From: Thermoanaerobaculia bacterium
GTDB taxonomy: Bacteria > Acidobacteriota > Thermoanaerobaculia > UBA5066
NCBI GenBank assembly: GCA_963719225.1
Contig: CAVRAY010000001.1
Coordinates: forward strand, 3,040,001-3,104,000
Reading direction: 5' to 3'
DNA length: 64,000 bases
In this document: piece after piece, positions 38,364-48,903 of the stretch
Layout: each line of letters begins with the position of its first letter
Position numbering within the stretch: position 1 is the first letter of the stretch
Translations under genes and position numbers: made by a program
Notes under the pieces: generated by a model
Told to the model about the DNA's origin: nothing
Seen by the model: only the letters and a program-made list of their open reading frames with translations
The model's database searches: none

Positions 38364-40131
38364 AAGGCGCTTTCGCCCGGAGAGGGGCCGGTCCCAGACC
38401 TTTCACGAGGCGGTACGCCCCGGCAGGCAGCTCACCGAGATCCTGCGCCGTTCCATCCGGCCACCGCACCGCCACCTTCGCGGAGGAAGCCGTCCCCAGT
38501 CCGAAGTGAAGCGGCTGCCACGAGCCGCTCGCGTAGGACGGCACGACGTAGAACTGCTTCGTGCGTCCGTCGGCCGTCACCGTCGTTCCGAGGACCGTCT
38601 TCCGGTCGGCGCCCGCGACCGGGAGGATCTCCAGCGCGCGCCCGCCGGGAGCCGTGTTGCGAAGAACGATCGCGGGCACGTCGATCGGGTTGAAGACCAG
38701 GTCTTCCTTCCCGTCGCCGTCGAGGTCGCCCGCCGAGAGCCCGCGCCCGACCACGCTCATGCGGCCGAGGTCGCCGGACTCCGCCGAGACGTCGCGGAAC
38801 TTCATCTCTCCGGGCGCGCTCTCGTTGTGGAAGAGAAACTGCCGCTGCGCGTAGCTCCTCTCGCCGACGGCGAAGTTCCGGGCTCGCGGGTTGAACCACT
38901 TCGCGACGACGGTGAAGAGACGCGAAAGGATCTGGCCGCTCGAGACCGCGAGGTCGTCCTTGCCGTCGTCGTCCCAGTCGAGCGCCACGACGCCCCACTT
39001 CGAGAGCGGGAGGACGGGATCGTGGTCTCCCCCGAACGCCTCGATCTCGCTTTCGGCGAACGTCGCGCCCTCGACGTTGCGGTAGAGGGTGTCCGGCTCG
39101 TTCGCGTAGTTCGTGACGTAGAGGTCGGGCCGCCCGTCTCCGTCGAGATCCGTCGCGACGAGCCCCATGCCGCTGCGCGTCCTCCGGCCGAAGGCCGTCG
39201 TGCTGCCTTCCACGGGATAGCCCGTACCCGTCTCGTCCGAGACGTCGCGGAATCGGCCGTCCCCTTCGTTGTGGAAGAGGGTATTGCGCCACTGGTCGTT
39301 CGCGACGTAGAAGTCCGTGCGTCCGTCGCCGTCGTAGTCGAGCGCGGCGGCTCCGATCGTCTTGCTGGCCGGGTCCCTCGTGCCGCTCGCGTCCGTCACG
39401 TCCGCGAATTTCCAGTCGCCGAGGTTTCGGAGCATCTGGTTGTCCTGCCCCTTGTACTCGTCCGGCGTCATGAAGGAGGTGGCCTTGGCCTTGGACTCGC
39501 GGTCGGGGTCCGTCTCGAGGTAGTTCCCGATGTAGACGTCGGGAAGGCCGTCGCCGTCGATGTCGAGGGCGGCGAGCCCGATCGTGAATCGCCCGCCTTC
39601 GAGGCCCGTTTTCTCCATCCTCTCGAACGTCCCGTCGCCCTTGTTCCGGAAGACGAGGTTCGCCTCGCCGGCGTTGCCGATGACGAGGTCCGGGAAGCCG
39701 TCGTTGTCGAGATCGGCCCACATCGCGGTGACGCCCCAGCCGCAGGCCGCGATCCGGGAGCGCTCCGTCACGTCCTCGAAGGTTCCGTCGCCCCGATTCC
39801 GGAAGACGCGCGTGCAGTCGGCCAGAGGCTGCGTGCGCCCCGCCTTCCGCCACTTCGAGCCGCTCTTCACCTGCTGGACGAGGACGAGGTCGAGGTTGCC
39901 GTCCCCGTCGAAGTCCGCGAGCGCCGCGCCTCCGCCCATCGTGGGAATGAGCTTGGCGTCGATGATGTCGCCGTGAAAGCGGAACCGCACGCCGGACGCT
40001 TCCGTGACGTCCGTGAACAGGGAGCCCGTGACGCTCTTCCTTCGGGAGTTCTGTTCGTGGAGGAGCACGCTGCACGCCAGGCCGCCGGCTGCCGCGACGA
40101 GGACGACCGCGAGAGCGAGAAATCGACGCAC
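38344..40131 (-). CDS. CRTAC1/ASPIC-UnbV family FG-GAP repeat protein, exported
   Basis: Many DxDGDGxxD repeats, FRNRGDGTFEDVT, C-terminal LHFGLG...VRWPDG. Confidence 0.88.
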   Translation of the reverse strand: MRRFLALAVVLVAAAGGLACSVLLHEQNSRRKSVTGSLFTDVTEASGVRFRFHGDIIDAKLIPTMGGGAALADFDGDGNLDLVLVQQVKSGSKWRKAGRTQPLADCTRVFRNRGDGTFEDVTERSRIAACGWGVTAMWADLDNDGFPDLVIGNAGEANLVFRNKGDGTFERMEKTGLEGGRFTIGLAALDIDGDGLPDVYIGNYLETDPDRESKAKATSFMTPDEYKGQDNQMLRNLGDWKFADVTDASGTRDPASKTIGAAALDYDGDGRTDFYVANDQWRNTLFHNEGDGRFRDVSDETGTGYPVEGSTTAFGRRTRSGMGLVATDLDGDGRPDLYVTNYANEPDTLYRNVEGATFAESEIEAFGGDHDPVLPLSKWGVVALDWDDDGKDDLAVSSGQILSRLFTVVAKWFNPRARNFAVGERSYAQRQFLFHNESAPGEMKFRDVSAESGDLGRMSVVGRGLSAGDLDGDGKEDLVFNPIDVPAIVLRNTAPGGRALEILPVAGADRKTVLGTTVTADGRTKQFYVVPSYASGSWQPLHFGLGTASSAKVAVRWPDGTAQDLGELPAGAYRLVKGLGPAPLRAKAPSRAASR

Positions 40132-40169
40132 GAAAGACGAGTATAGGGTGCGGAATCGGAGAGACCGCT

Positions 40170-42524
40170 TCAGCGAGTCGCGGAAGCGGCGGGAGCCGCC
40201 TCCCGCGCGTTCGCCGGCGGGGGACCGTCTGCGTCGAGAAGCTCGATCTTCTCGAGAGAGGGGATGTTGAAGCTCCCGACCGTCGCGAAGGTCAGCACGT
40301 TTTTCTTCGTTTTCGGGTCGAGCTTCATGTGATACGTCGTGACGGCGTACGCGCCCTCCGGGAGGAACGAGGCGACGCGCACGTCGAGCGGCATTGCAGG
40401 AGCGTCGACCGTAAGCCCGTTCGCCGACAGGACTTCTTTGAGAACGTCCCACGGGATCGGGATCCCGCGCCGCGAAAACGAAAGAAATTGAGGCGGAAGA
40501 GGCTTGCCGGATTCTCTCCGGACGACGAGCCCCGCGAAGACCGACGGCGCGCGCACGCGCACCGGCATGCGGCAGTCCTCGGCGTGCTCGCACGACGTGG
40601 GAGTCGGCAGGAGCTCCATCGCGAGGGCGCGGCCCGGCGAGATCACGAAGGCGGGCCTTCCTCCGTACCGGTCCCCGCGCAAGCGGAGCTCGCCCTGGGA
40701 ATCGGTGCTCCCCACCGTCACGACCGCACCCATACGGCCGACGCTCGAGTAGTATGTCAAAGGAGACGCCAGGATCAGAACCGTCGCGCCCGCCACGGCG
40801 ACGTCGCTCTCATCCGTCGCGACGAGGACGAGGTCCTGCGACCCTTCGACGAGGATGTCCACGCGTCGCATCTCGTCGCGGACGACGGACACCTGACCGA
40901 CGTCCTTCGGGTAGTGCTTCTCGCAGTTCGCGGCGACTCGCACGGCGCCCTCGGCCAGGCCGTACTCGTGGACGAGCCCCTCGGAATCGGCGTTCCGGAT
41001 CATCGACCGGGACCCGCCTCCGCCCTCCTGGTCCCAGGTGATTTCGACGGGGCAGCCTGGGAGCGGGTCGTTCGTCCGAGCGTCGCGGACGGCGATCTCG
41101 AGACCGGTGGCGTCGAGCTCCAGCTCGAGACCTTCCACGACAGGCTTGTCTTCAGTCAGCTGCGTGAGCGGGCCGCCCCAAGCCACGGCCTTCGGCTCGC
41201 TCGAGTCCGCTTTCAACCCGATCTTGTTTCCCGACCTGGAGACGACCTTCAGTTCGAAGGAGCCGTCCGCAGCCGACATGGCCGTGGCGGCCGTGCCCTC
41301 GCCGAGGCCGGCCACGAACTCGATTGCCTCCACGTGCGCGGCGACCAGCGCTCCGCCGTGGAGGCGCGTCGTCCCGCGAAGAGTCCACTCGCCGACGGCC
41401 AGCTCCAGGACAGTGACCGGGGAGTCGCCATCGCTCGCGACCTCGACCGTCTCGTGGGTGCCACCGACGCCCGGCACGTGCAGCTCGACCTGATGGAAGC
41501 CGCCGTCCACTCGCGGGAATCGGGCCCGGCCCTCGTCATCCAGCGGGCGCCGCCGAGCATCCCCCGGGCGGCAGCTCGATCTCGCCCTCTGGATTGCGCA
41601 CCGCGCGAGGGTGACTTCCGGCCGCGCCTCGCCCCGCCGTCCGGCGAGGCCATTCACGCGGACCTCCACGTCCTGGTTTGGGACGAGGACGATGTCGCGG
41701 AGACCTTCCTCGAAGCGGGCGCCGAGCTTCAGCGTCGCGACGCGAAACCCTGGTCCGGAGACGCGCAAGCTCGATGGCGATTCCGCGGGGAAGAGTCCGA
41801 AATCGAGGAGGCCGTTTTCGCCCGCCGGCGCCGCGCGGCGCGCGAGGAGCGCAGCAAGCGCGCGGTTCGACGTCTCGAACGCCGCGCCCTCGAGGCGAGC
41901 GCCCTTGACGGGACTCTTCGCGGAGCCCTCCACGGCGCGGATACTCAGTCGCCGGCACTCGGCAGGCTTCGCCGGAACCCGGGTTTCATGTCCGGCGGAG
42001 ACCTCGGCGTCAGCGAAGAGGACGGGCAGCGCGGCGCCGCGCTCGATCGCAAGTGCGTAGCGTCCCGCCGGAAGCCGGAAGGACGACCACGGGATCCCAT
42101 CCGCCGTCCCGTGCGCGGCTTCGGTGATCTCCCACTGCGACGTTCCGCGAAACTCCGGCGGAACGAGAGCGGCGGCGAAAAGGCGTGGCCGAGGCCCGCC
42201 GGTCACGTTCACGCCCGTCACGCGGGCGAGCCCCGACGGGAGAACGTGGATCTCCACGCTTCCGCCCGCTCTGAGAAACACCCGTTCGCTGAATATCTCC
42301 GGGCCGAGCGCCTGCGCGAAGAAGGCCCCTGTGGGAATCGCCGGGCTCGCCGCTCCCGACGTGAACTCGACGATTCCATCCTTCAGCGTCTTGCCATCAC
42401 GATCCGTGAACGTCAGGCGCACGAACGCCTTCGCAACGGGAACGGGACGCAATTCGAGCCTGATCGAAGTTTCGGCTCCGGCAGCCGCGATCTGCGAGAT
42501 CAACGCGACGACGAGCAGATTCAT
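40170..42524 (-). CDS. Large secreted protein with carboxypeptidase-regulatory-like beta-sandwich repeats
   Basis: Signal peptide; repeated PVxGA...DxxGxF patterns; GGA/GAGAGG-type RBS. Confidence 0.6.
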   Translation of the reverse strand: MNLLVVALISQIAAAGAETSIRLELRPVPVAKAFVRLTFTDRDGKTLKDGIVEFTSGAASPAIPTGAFFAQALGPEIFSERVFLRAGGSVEIHVLPSGLARVTGVNVTGGPRPRLFAAALVPPEFRGTSQWEITEAAHGTADGIPWSSFRLPAGRYALAIERGAALPVLFADAEVSAGHETRVPAKPAECRRLSIRAVEGSAKSPVKGARLEGAAFETSNRALAALLARRAAPAGENGLLDFGLFPAESPSSLRVSGPGFRVATLKLGARFEEGLRDIVLVPNQDVEVRVNGLAGRRGEARPEVTLARCAIQRARSSCRPGDARRRPLDDEGRARFPRVDGGFHQVELHVPGVGGTHETVEVASDGDSPVTVLELAVGEWTLRGTTRLHGGALVAAHVEAIEFVAGLGEGTAATAMSAADGSFELKVVSRSGNKIGLKADSSEPKAVAWGGPLTQLTEDKPVVEGLELELDATGLEIAVRDARTNDPLPGCPVEITWDQEGGGGSRSMIRNADSEGLVHEYGLAEGAVRVAANCEKHYPKDVGQVSVVRDEMRRVDILVEGSQDLVLVATDESDVAVAGATVLILASPLTYYSSVGRMGAVVTVGSTDSQGELRLRGDRYGGRPAFVISPGRALAMELLPTPTSCEHAEDCRMPVRVRAPSVFAGLVVRRESGKPLPPQFLSFSRRGIPIPWDVLKEVLSANGLTVDAPAMPLDVRVASFLPEGAYAVTTYHMKLDPKTKKNVLTFATVGSFNIPSLEKIELLDADGPPPANAREAAPAASATR

Positions 42525-42599
42525 GGAGATCCTCTCGGTTCCATCCAGTCTACGTTCCAGCAACTCGACTCGTCTAAGATTTGTCGCGGAGGTTTTCGC

Positions 42600-43277
42600 A
42601 TGGGCGAGAAAGTCACCTTCACCGTGGACGGGCAGACGGGTGAAGGGTGGTTCGCGAAGCCCGTCTCGGGAAACGGGCCGGCCGTCGTCGTGATCCAGGA
42701 GTGGTGGGGACTGGTGCCTCACATCAAGGACGTCGCGGAGCGCTTCGCGAAGGAGGGCTTCGTCGCGCTCGCGCCCGATCTCTACCACGGCAAGACGACG
42801 ACGTCCCCGGACGAAGCGGGGCGGCTCCTGATGGAGATGGACGTGGAGAGCGCGAGCCGGGAGATCGCGGCGGCCGGCGCGTTTCTCCTGGGCCGGCCCG
42901 AGTGCTCGTCGAAGAAATTCGGCGCCGTGGGTTTCTGCGTAGGCGGGGCTCTCGCGCAATACGCCGCGACGACGAACCCGAACGTGGGTGCGGCCGTGAG
43001 CTTCTACGGCGGGTTCAAGAAGCTGACGATCCCCTGGGAGGGCCTCTCCAGCCCGATCCTGATGATCTACGGCGAAATGGACGAGGGCGTCCCCGCCTCC
43101 GGGGCGAAGCCGCTCGAGGACAAGCTCAAGGCGCTCGGGAAGAAGGTGGAGACGATCATCTTCCGCGGCGCCCCGCACGGCTTCTTCAACGACACGCGCC
43201 CGAACGTCTACCGGGAGGAATGCGCGAAGGACGCCTGGCAAAGGACCGTCGCCCACTTCCGCATGCATTTGGTCTAG
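42600..43277 (+). CDS. Dienelactone hydrolase family protein
   Basis: QEWWGL, GFCVGG, HGFFND; GGAGG RBS. Confidence 0.92.
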   Translation: MGEKVTFTVDGQTGEGWFAKPVSGNGPAVVVIQEWWGLVPHIKDVAERFAKEGFVALAPDLYHGKTTTSPDEAGRLLMEMDVESASREIAAAGAFLLGRPECSSKKFGAVGFCVGGALAQYAATTNPNVGAAVSFYGGFKKLTIPWEGLSSPILMIYGEMDEGVPASGAKPLEDKLKALGKKVETIIFRGAPHGFFNDTRPNVYREECAKDAWQRTVAHFRMHLV

Positions 43278-43318
43278 GACCGCGAGGCACGGGACGCCGT
43301 ATTCCCTAGAATCCGTTC

Positions 43319-45265
43319 GTGGCGATCGAGACGCTCCGGACCGTCTGCAACCGGGACTGCCCCGACGCGTGCGGGCTCATCGCGACGGTCGAGGACGGGA
43401 AGCTCGTCCAGCTGGGCGGGGACCCGGCACATCCCGTCACGCAGGGCTTCATCTGCTATCGCACTTCGAAGTTCCCCGAGCTCCAGAATTCGAACGAGCG
43501 CCTCACGGCGCCGCTCATGCGGCGCGGCAAGGACTTCGTCGAGGTGTCGTGGGAAGAAGCGCTCGGCTCGATCGCCGACCGCCTGCTCGCGATCCGGAAG
43601 GAATCGGGTCCAGCCGCCATCCTCCACTACCGCTCCGGGGGATCGCTGGGGCTCGTGAAGTCCGTCGTGGATTACTTCTGGGAGCTGTTCGGTCCGGTCA
43701 CCGTCAAGCGCGGCGACATCTGCTCCGGCGGAGGCGACGCCGCGCAGACGACCGACTTCGGCGAAGAGGAGTCGCACGACCTCTTCGACATCCTGAATTC
43801 GAAGAACATCCTCCTCTGGGGTAAGAACCCGAACGTCTCGAACATCCACATCCTGCCGTTGCTCCAGAAGGCGAAGAAGGCCGGGGCGCGGATCCTCCTC
43901 ATCGATCCCGTCCGGCACAAGGCCGAGAAGATCGCCGACCGGACGATTCTCGTTCGCCCCGGAGGCGACTTCGACCTCGCGATGGGAGCTGCCGCGCTCC
44001 TCTTCGCGCGCGGGCAAACGGATGGGGACGCACCTTTTTATTGCGACGACTTCGAGAAGTTCCGGGCGCTCGCCCTTTCCCGCACTCCGGAAAAGTGGGC
44101 GCGCGCCGCCGACGTGAGCCTCGAGGACGTCTCCGCGGTCGCCTCGGCGCTCGCGGAGAAGCCCTGCTCGATCCAGGTGGGCTGGGGCATGGGCCGCAGG
44201 ATGAACGGCTCGGGCATCGTCCGGGCGCTCGACGCGCTCTCGGGAGTCAGCGGGAACATCGGCATCCCCGGCGGCGGCGTGTCGTTCTATTTCAAGAGGC
44301 GCGGCGCTTTCGACACGACGTTCCTAAAGAAGAACCCGCCCCGCACGATCTCCGAGCCGCTCCTCGGCCCGGGAATCCTCGAGGCGAAGGATCCGCCCGT
44401 CCGCGCGGTCTGGGTCACCGCGGGAAATCCCGTCGCGATGCTGCCCGATTCGGGCGCCGTTGCCCGCGCCCTCGAGACGCGCGAGCTCGTCGTCGTCGTG
44501 GATCCGTTCCTGACGGACACGGGCCGCCGCGCGCATTTCGTCCTGCCCACGACGACTCTCGTGGAGGACGACGACCTCCTCGGCGCCTACGGCCACCACT
44601 GGCTCGGGGCCTCGACTCCCGCGCTCGCGCCGCCGCAAGGCGTCTTGTCCGACCTGGAGATCGTCCAGGCTCTCGCGAAAATCATCGACGAGAGGACCGG
44701 GAAAAGAGAAGAAAAGATTTCTGAGAAGGTAAGAGGGACAGCCCGGGAATGGAAGGAGCGTCTGCTCGCGCGAGTCGCGCCGCTCGGCCTCACGGCGGCG
44801 AGACTCGAGCGCGAGTCCGTTCGCAACCCCTTCGTGGAAAAGGTTCTCTTCTCAGATCGCAAGTTCCCGACCGCGTCCGGCAGGATGAAACTCGTCCACG
44901 AGTTGCCCCCCGCCCCGCCCGAGGAGCCCGGCTTCCCCCTCTGGCTGTTCTCAAACTCCACCGAGAAATCGCAGAGCTCCACGTGGGCCGGCGGCCCGCC
45001 CGACCTTCTGACGGCGACCTGCCACCCGGCCGCGGCGAACGGCTTCGCCGACGGCGACGTCGTTTTTCTCGAGAGCGCCCTCGGACGGCTCCGCGTCCAG
45101 GTGAAGCTGGACGCGGGCCAGCGCCCCGACGTCGTGATCGTGCCGAAGGGCGGCCACTACGACAACGGCACCTCGGCGAACGCGCTCATCAGGGCGCGAA
45201 CGACGGACGCGGGAGAAGGCGCGGCTTATCAGGACTGCCGCGTGCGGCTCGTGCCGGGCGCCTGA
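43319..45265 (+). CDS. Molybdopterin-dependent oxidoreductase
   Basis: CNRDCPDAC...GFIC Fe-S motif, GNPVAMLPD, DPFLTDTG, C-terminal molybdopterin dinucleotide-binding domain. Confidence 0.88.
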   Translation: MAIETLRTVCNRDCPDACGLIATVEDGKLVQLGGDPAHPVTQGFICYRTSKFPELQNSNERLTAPLMRRGKDFVEVSWEEALGSIADRLLAIRKESGPAAILHYRSGGSLGLVKSVVDYFWELFGPVTVKRGDICSGGGDAAQTTDFGEEESHDLFDILNSKNILLWGKNPNVSNIHILPLLQKAKKAGARILLIDPVRHKAEKIADRTILVRPGGDFDLAMGAAALLFARGQTDGDAPFYCDDFEKFRALALSRTPEKWARAADVSLEDVSAVASALAEKPCSIQVGWGMGRRMNGSGIVRALDALSGVSGNIGIPGGGVSFYFKRRGAFDTTFLKKNPPRTISEPLLGPGILEAKDPPVRAVWVTAGNPVAMLPDSGAVARALETRELVVVVDPFLTDTGRRAHFVLPTTTLVEDDDLLGAYGHHWLGASTPALAPPQGVLSDLEIVQALAKIIDERTGKREEKISEKVRGTAREWKERLLARVAPLGLTAARLERESVRNPFVEKVLFSDRKFPTASGRMKLVHELPPAPPEEPGFPLWLFSNSTEKSQSSTWAGGPPDLLTATCHPAAANGFADGDVVFLESALGRLRVQVKLDAGQRPDVVIVPKGGHYDNGTSANALIRARTTDAGEGAAYQDCRVRLVPGA

Positions 45266-45297
45266 TTCTCAAAGCCCAACCCAACTAGAATCCGCGC

Positions 45298-46560
45298 ATG
45301 ATTCGCAGCCTTCTCGCTTTCTTCCTTCTGCTCCCCGTGTCCACGGTCTCCGCCCAGACCGTGACCGTCACGGCGAAGCGCCTCCTCGACGTCACGACGG
45401 GGAAATACGTCGAGAACCCCGTCGTGCGCATCGAGAACGGCCTCGTCACGAAGGTCGAGCCGCGCCGTCCGGGAGAGGCCGTGACGCTGGACCTCGGCGA
45501 CGTCACGCTGCTGCCTGGGCTCGCCGACTGCCACACGCACCTCGTCGGCGGCGAGGAGGAGACTCCCTACCAGAGGCTCACCGAGACCACGGCGCACGCG
45601 GCGATCGAGGGCGTCGTCAACGCGAGAAAGACGATCGAAGCGGGCTTCACGACCGTGCGCGACCTCGGCGCCCGCGACTTCGCCGACGTGGCTCTTCGCG
45701 ACGAGATCGCCGCGGGCAGGGTCGTCGGCCCGCGCATGCTCGTCGCCACGAAATCGCTCTCGGCGACGGGCGGGCACGGCGATCTCAACGACCTGCCCGA
45801 GGACATCCACGTCCGCCGTTATTCCGGCATCGCGGACGGGCCGGACGAGATCCGGAAGAAGGTGCGCGAGAACATCAAGTTCGGGGCGGACTGGATCAAG
45901 CTGCTCGCCACGGGCGGCATCGGCTCGGCGGGCACGGACCCGCGCCAGTCCGACTATACCGAGGAGGAGATCCGCGCCGCCGTCCTCGCCGCGAAGGAGA
46001 AGGACCGGGACGTCGCGGTGCACGCGCACGGCACTCTCGGCATCCTCCGCGCGGCGCGCGCCGGCGTCCGCTCGGTGGAGCACGCGTCGATGATCGACGA
46101 CGAGGCGCTCGCGGCGCTCAAGGCGAACGGGACATTCATCGTCTCGAACCCGCTTTCGAACGCGTACATGCTCGAGCGCGGCGGGGTCGGCGGCTACCAG
46201 GACTACCAGCTCCGGAAGTCGCGCGAGGTCTACGCGCTGAAGGTCGAGAGCCTGAGGAAGGCGATTCGCGCGGGAATCCCGGTGGCGTACGGCACGGACG
46301 CCGGCGTGCAGATCCACGGGATCAACGGGAAGCAGCTCGCGATGTACGTCGAGGCCGGGATGACGCCGTTGCAGGCGATCCAGTCCGCGACGCTCGTGGC
46401 GGCGCGGCTCCTTCGGATGGAGAAGAAGATCGGCCAGGTCGCGCCGGGCTTCTTCGGAGATCTCGTCGCGGTGGCGGGAGACCCGCTCGCCGACGTGCGC
46501 GTCCTCGAGTCGCCCCGCGCGGTCGTGAAGGAAGGAAAGCTCGTCTTCTCGCGCCGGTAG
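45298..46560 (+). CDS. Amidohydrolase family protein (Xaa-Pro dipeptidase-like), secreted
   Basis: LPGLADCHTH, GFTTVRDLG, VAVHAHG, SVEHA, YGTDAG. Confidence 0.88.
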   Translation: MIRSLLAFFLLLPVSTVSAQTVTVTAKRLLDVTTGKYVENPVVRIENGLVTKVEPRRPGEAVTLDLGDVTLLPGLADCHTHLVGGEEETPYQRLTETTAHAAIEGVVNARKTIEAGFTTVRDLGARDFADVALRDEIAAGRVVGPRMLVATKSLSATGGHGDLNDLPEDIHVRRYSGIADGPDEIRKKVRENIKFGADWIKLLATGGIGSAGTDPRQSDYTEEEIRAAVLAAKEKDRDVAVHAHGTLGILRAARAGVRSVEHASMIDDEALAALKANGTFIVSNPLSNAYMLERGGVGGYQDYQLRKSREVYALKVESLRKAIRAGIPVAYGTDAGVQIHGINGKQLAMYVEAGMTPLQAIQSATLVAARLLRMEKKIGQVAPGFFGDLVAVAGDPLADVRVLESPRAVVKEGKLVFSRR

Positions 46561-46590
46561 GCGAAACGGTGGCGGGCCCCGGCCCGGCAA

Positions 46591-46623
46591 TGTGGCCACA
46601 AATTCAATATAATTGTGGCTACA
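46591..46623 (+). promoter_or_regulatory. vapBC promoter/operator: two palindromes TGTGGCCACA and TGTGGCTACA flanking a TATAAT -10 box
   Basis: Palindromes at 46591-46600 and 46614-46623; TATAAT at 46608-46613; AGGAG RBS follows. Confidence 0.75.
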
Positions 46624-46635
46624 GGAGAATCGATC

Positions 46636-46908
46636 ATGACGCGCGTCGGGGTGCGGGCCCTCAAGAACCATCTGAGCGATTACTTGAGGCGTGCCGGGGA
46701 AGGCGAGCGCATCGTCGTCACGGATCGGGGCGAGCCACTCGCCGCCTTGATCCCCGTCGAGGAAACGGACGAGGCGCGATGGGGGTGGGACCTCGTTCGT
46801 GAGCGGATCGCGAGCTGGAGCGGAGGCAAACCCCGAGGGAGCGTGAGGGCCGCGGCTCTGAAGGGGAAGAAAACGACCGCCGAGATGGTGCTCGAGGATC
46901 GGGATTGA
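46636..46908 (+). CDS. vapB: Phd/YefM-fold antitoxin (VapB)
   Basis: VGVRALKNHLSDYLRR...GERIVVTDRGEPLA. Confidence 0.88.
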   Translation: MTRVGVRALKNHLSDYLRRAGEGERIVVTDRGEPLAALIPVEETDEARWGWDLVRERIASWSGGKPRGSVRAAALKGKKTTAEMVLEDRD

Positions 46909-47324
46909 TCGTCTATCTCGATACGAGCACCCTGGTCAAGCTCTACGTCGAGGAGGAGGGCTCGCGCATGGTTCGAGACCTCGTGGAGCCCGCCGAGCTC
47001 GTGGCGACGTCGGTTGTCACGTACGTCGAGGCCCGGACTGCCCTCGCCCGCCAGCGACGCGAAGGTGGGCTGACAGCCGCAGGTTTCGGACAGGCGAAAA
47101 ACGACTTCGAGATGGACTGGCCCAGGTATCTGGCCGTCGAAGTCAACGAGGCGGTTTGTCGACGTGCCGGGGACCTGGCCGAAAAGCATCATCTTCGAGG
47201 CTTCGACAGTCTTCACCTCGCCTCGTACCTTTCCCTCTACGGCGAGGGCGTGCGACAGATCCGCTTTTCGTCGTTCGATGAGGCGCTCAACCGCGCCGCT
47301 CGGAAGGAAGCGAAGGCACGGTAG
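46905..47324 (+). CDS. vapC: PIN-domain toxin VapC
   Basis: YLDTSTLVKLYVEE, LRGFDSLHLAS, SSFD. Confidence 0.9.
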   Translation: MIVYLDTSTLVKLYVEEEGSRMVRDLVEPAELVATSVVTYVEARTALARQRREGGLTAAGFGQAKNDFEMDWPRYLAVEVNEAVCRRAGDLAEKHHLRGFDSLHLASYLSLYGEGVRQIRFSSFDEALNRAARKEAKAR

Positions 47325-47364
47325 GCTTCATGGCACTTTCCGCCGGCACCCGGTTCCCCGGATC

Positions 47365-48876
47365 CTACGGTGAGTCGCGGCCGCCCTGAAGCGCCCGCAG
47401 GCCGAACCAGACGAGCGCCAGCGCGAGAAGGGCCAGCGTGCGCGAATCGAACAACGGCACGTCGGACGCAGCCAGACTGCCGACGCCGACGTTTGCGGTC
47501 GCCGTGACGCTCGATACGTTGGATCCGGCGATCGTGACGACGTTGGTGAGGAATCCGGCCGAACCCGGCGCCTGAACCTGGATCGAAAGCGTCGCCGTCC
47601 CGCCGGCGAGGACGGTTCCGAGCGCGGCCGTCACCGTTCCGCCCGATCCAACCGGAGGCCCGACGCAAGTTCCCTGGCTCGCGGCACACGAAACGAATGT
47701 CGTTCCCGCGGGAAGCGGATCGGAAGCCGTCACGGCGAGCGCGGCCGTCGCGCCCGGGTTCGTCACCGTCACCGTGAACGTGAGCACCGCTCCGAGTGCG
47801 ACGGGGTTGGGCAAGCCGATCTTGGCAACGGCGAGCGTCGCCGGGCCGCCGCCGCTCGTGGGCGTCGGAGTCGGCGTCGCCGTTGGTGTGGGCGTAGGCG
47901 TTGCCGTCGAGGCTGCCGTCGGCGTGGGCGTCTGCGTTACCGTCGGCGTGTTCGTACTCGTTACCGTCGGCGTATTCGTTGGCGTGACCGTCGGCGTGAT
48001 CGTCGACGTGATCGTGGGCGTGTTCGTCGGCGTGATCGTGGGCGTATTCGTCGGCGTGATCGTCGGGATGGACGTCGGCGGCGTGGACGTCGGGGTGTTC
48101 GTCGGTGTCGGAGTCGGCGTGTTCGGCTCTGCCTTGACCGCGACGGAGCCGAGCGCCCAGTGCCGGTTCGGCGACCAGCTGTCCCAGCTCATCGTCACCG
48201 ACGCGGCCCCGGGCTCCGTGCTCGCTCCCCCCCAGCCGCCAGTGACGCTGTTCTGGGTGCGGATCAGCCACTGCTGGGTCTGGCCGGCGCCCGCGACGGG
48301 ATCGGTGGTCGTGTCGCCCCGGGTGGCGAACGTGTCGAAGACGACCTCGCCGCTCGCGCTCGAAATCGTGAGGGTCGACGGCACGACCGTCCCTCCGGCG
48401 CCCACGAACGAGCCAAGTGGCGTCACGGAGTTGACGCCGAAGAAAGACACCGCGCCCGCCACGAACTGCGCCGCGGCCGACAACGTGACGGTCATCGTGC
48501 AGGCGCCCGAAGGCGGATTCGCGAGTCTCCAGATCTCGATCCTGGACTCGGCTACCTCGCCGACCGAGTTCCTCGCCCCGACGAGCGACAGGGCGTTGAC
48601 TCCGCACGTGGCCGAGGTGACGACCTTGCCTCCGCCCACCATGTTGATCGAGACACCCACGAGGAGGTGGCGACCCGGGGACGCGCCGACCGTGTGCGTC
48701 CAGGTCACGGAATTCGCGGCGACCGCGCCGGTCGAGCTGGAGCTCGCCGCGTCCACCGTCACATCGGCCCAGACGGGAGTCGCGGCGCCGAAAACGGACA
48801 GAAGAAGGCCGCCGAAGAGGCTTCCGCGCGCAACGTCGGGACCTTTCGGACCTGAGTGCGCGGCGTGACCTACCAA
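47365..48876 (-). CDS. Surface protein with Pro/Thr linker, DUF11-like domain and IPTL-CTERM-like sorting tail
   Basis: TPTN/TPTI repeats; [11 protein letters not shown]...SDPLPAG (DUF11); C-terminal [25 protein letters not shown]; start uncertain. Confidence 0.7.
   Translation of the reverse strand: MVGHAAHSGPKGPDVARGSLFGGLLLSVFGAATPVWADVTVDAASSSSTGAVAANSVTWTHTVGASPGRHLLVGVSINMVGGGKVVTSATCGVNALSLVGARNSVGEVAESRIEIWRLANPPSGACTMTVTLSAAAQFVAGAVSFFGVNSVTPLGSFVGAGGTVVPSTLTISSASGEVVFDTFATRGDTTTDPVAGAGQTQQWLIRTQNSVTGGWGGASTEPGAASVTMSWDSWSPNRHWALGSVAVKAEPNTPTPTPTNTPTSTPPTSIPTITPTNTPTITPTNTPTITSTITPTVTPTNTPTVTSTNTPTVTQTPTPTAASTATPTPTPTATPTPTPTSGGGPATLAVAKIGLPNPVALGAVLTFTVTVTNPGATAALAVTASDPLPAGTTFVSCAASQGTCVGPPVGSGGTVTAALGTVLAGGTATLSIQVQAPGSAGFLTNVVTIAGSNVSSVTATANVGVGSLAASDVPLFDSRTLALLALALVWFGLRALQGGRDSP
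47858..48125 (-). repeat. Coding low-complexity (TPTx)n repeat
   Basis: Degenerate 12/24-bp period encoding the Pro/Thr linker. Confidence 0.85.
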
Positions 48877-48903
48877 GCTGGACCAGATTTTAGACGAAAT
48901 GGA

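Noticed and set aside
47774-48868. + strand Val/Gly-repeat ORF
   Set aside because: Antisense shadow of the Pro/Thr linker gene.
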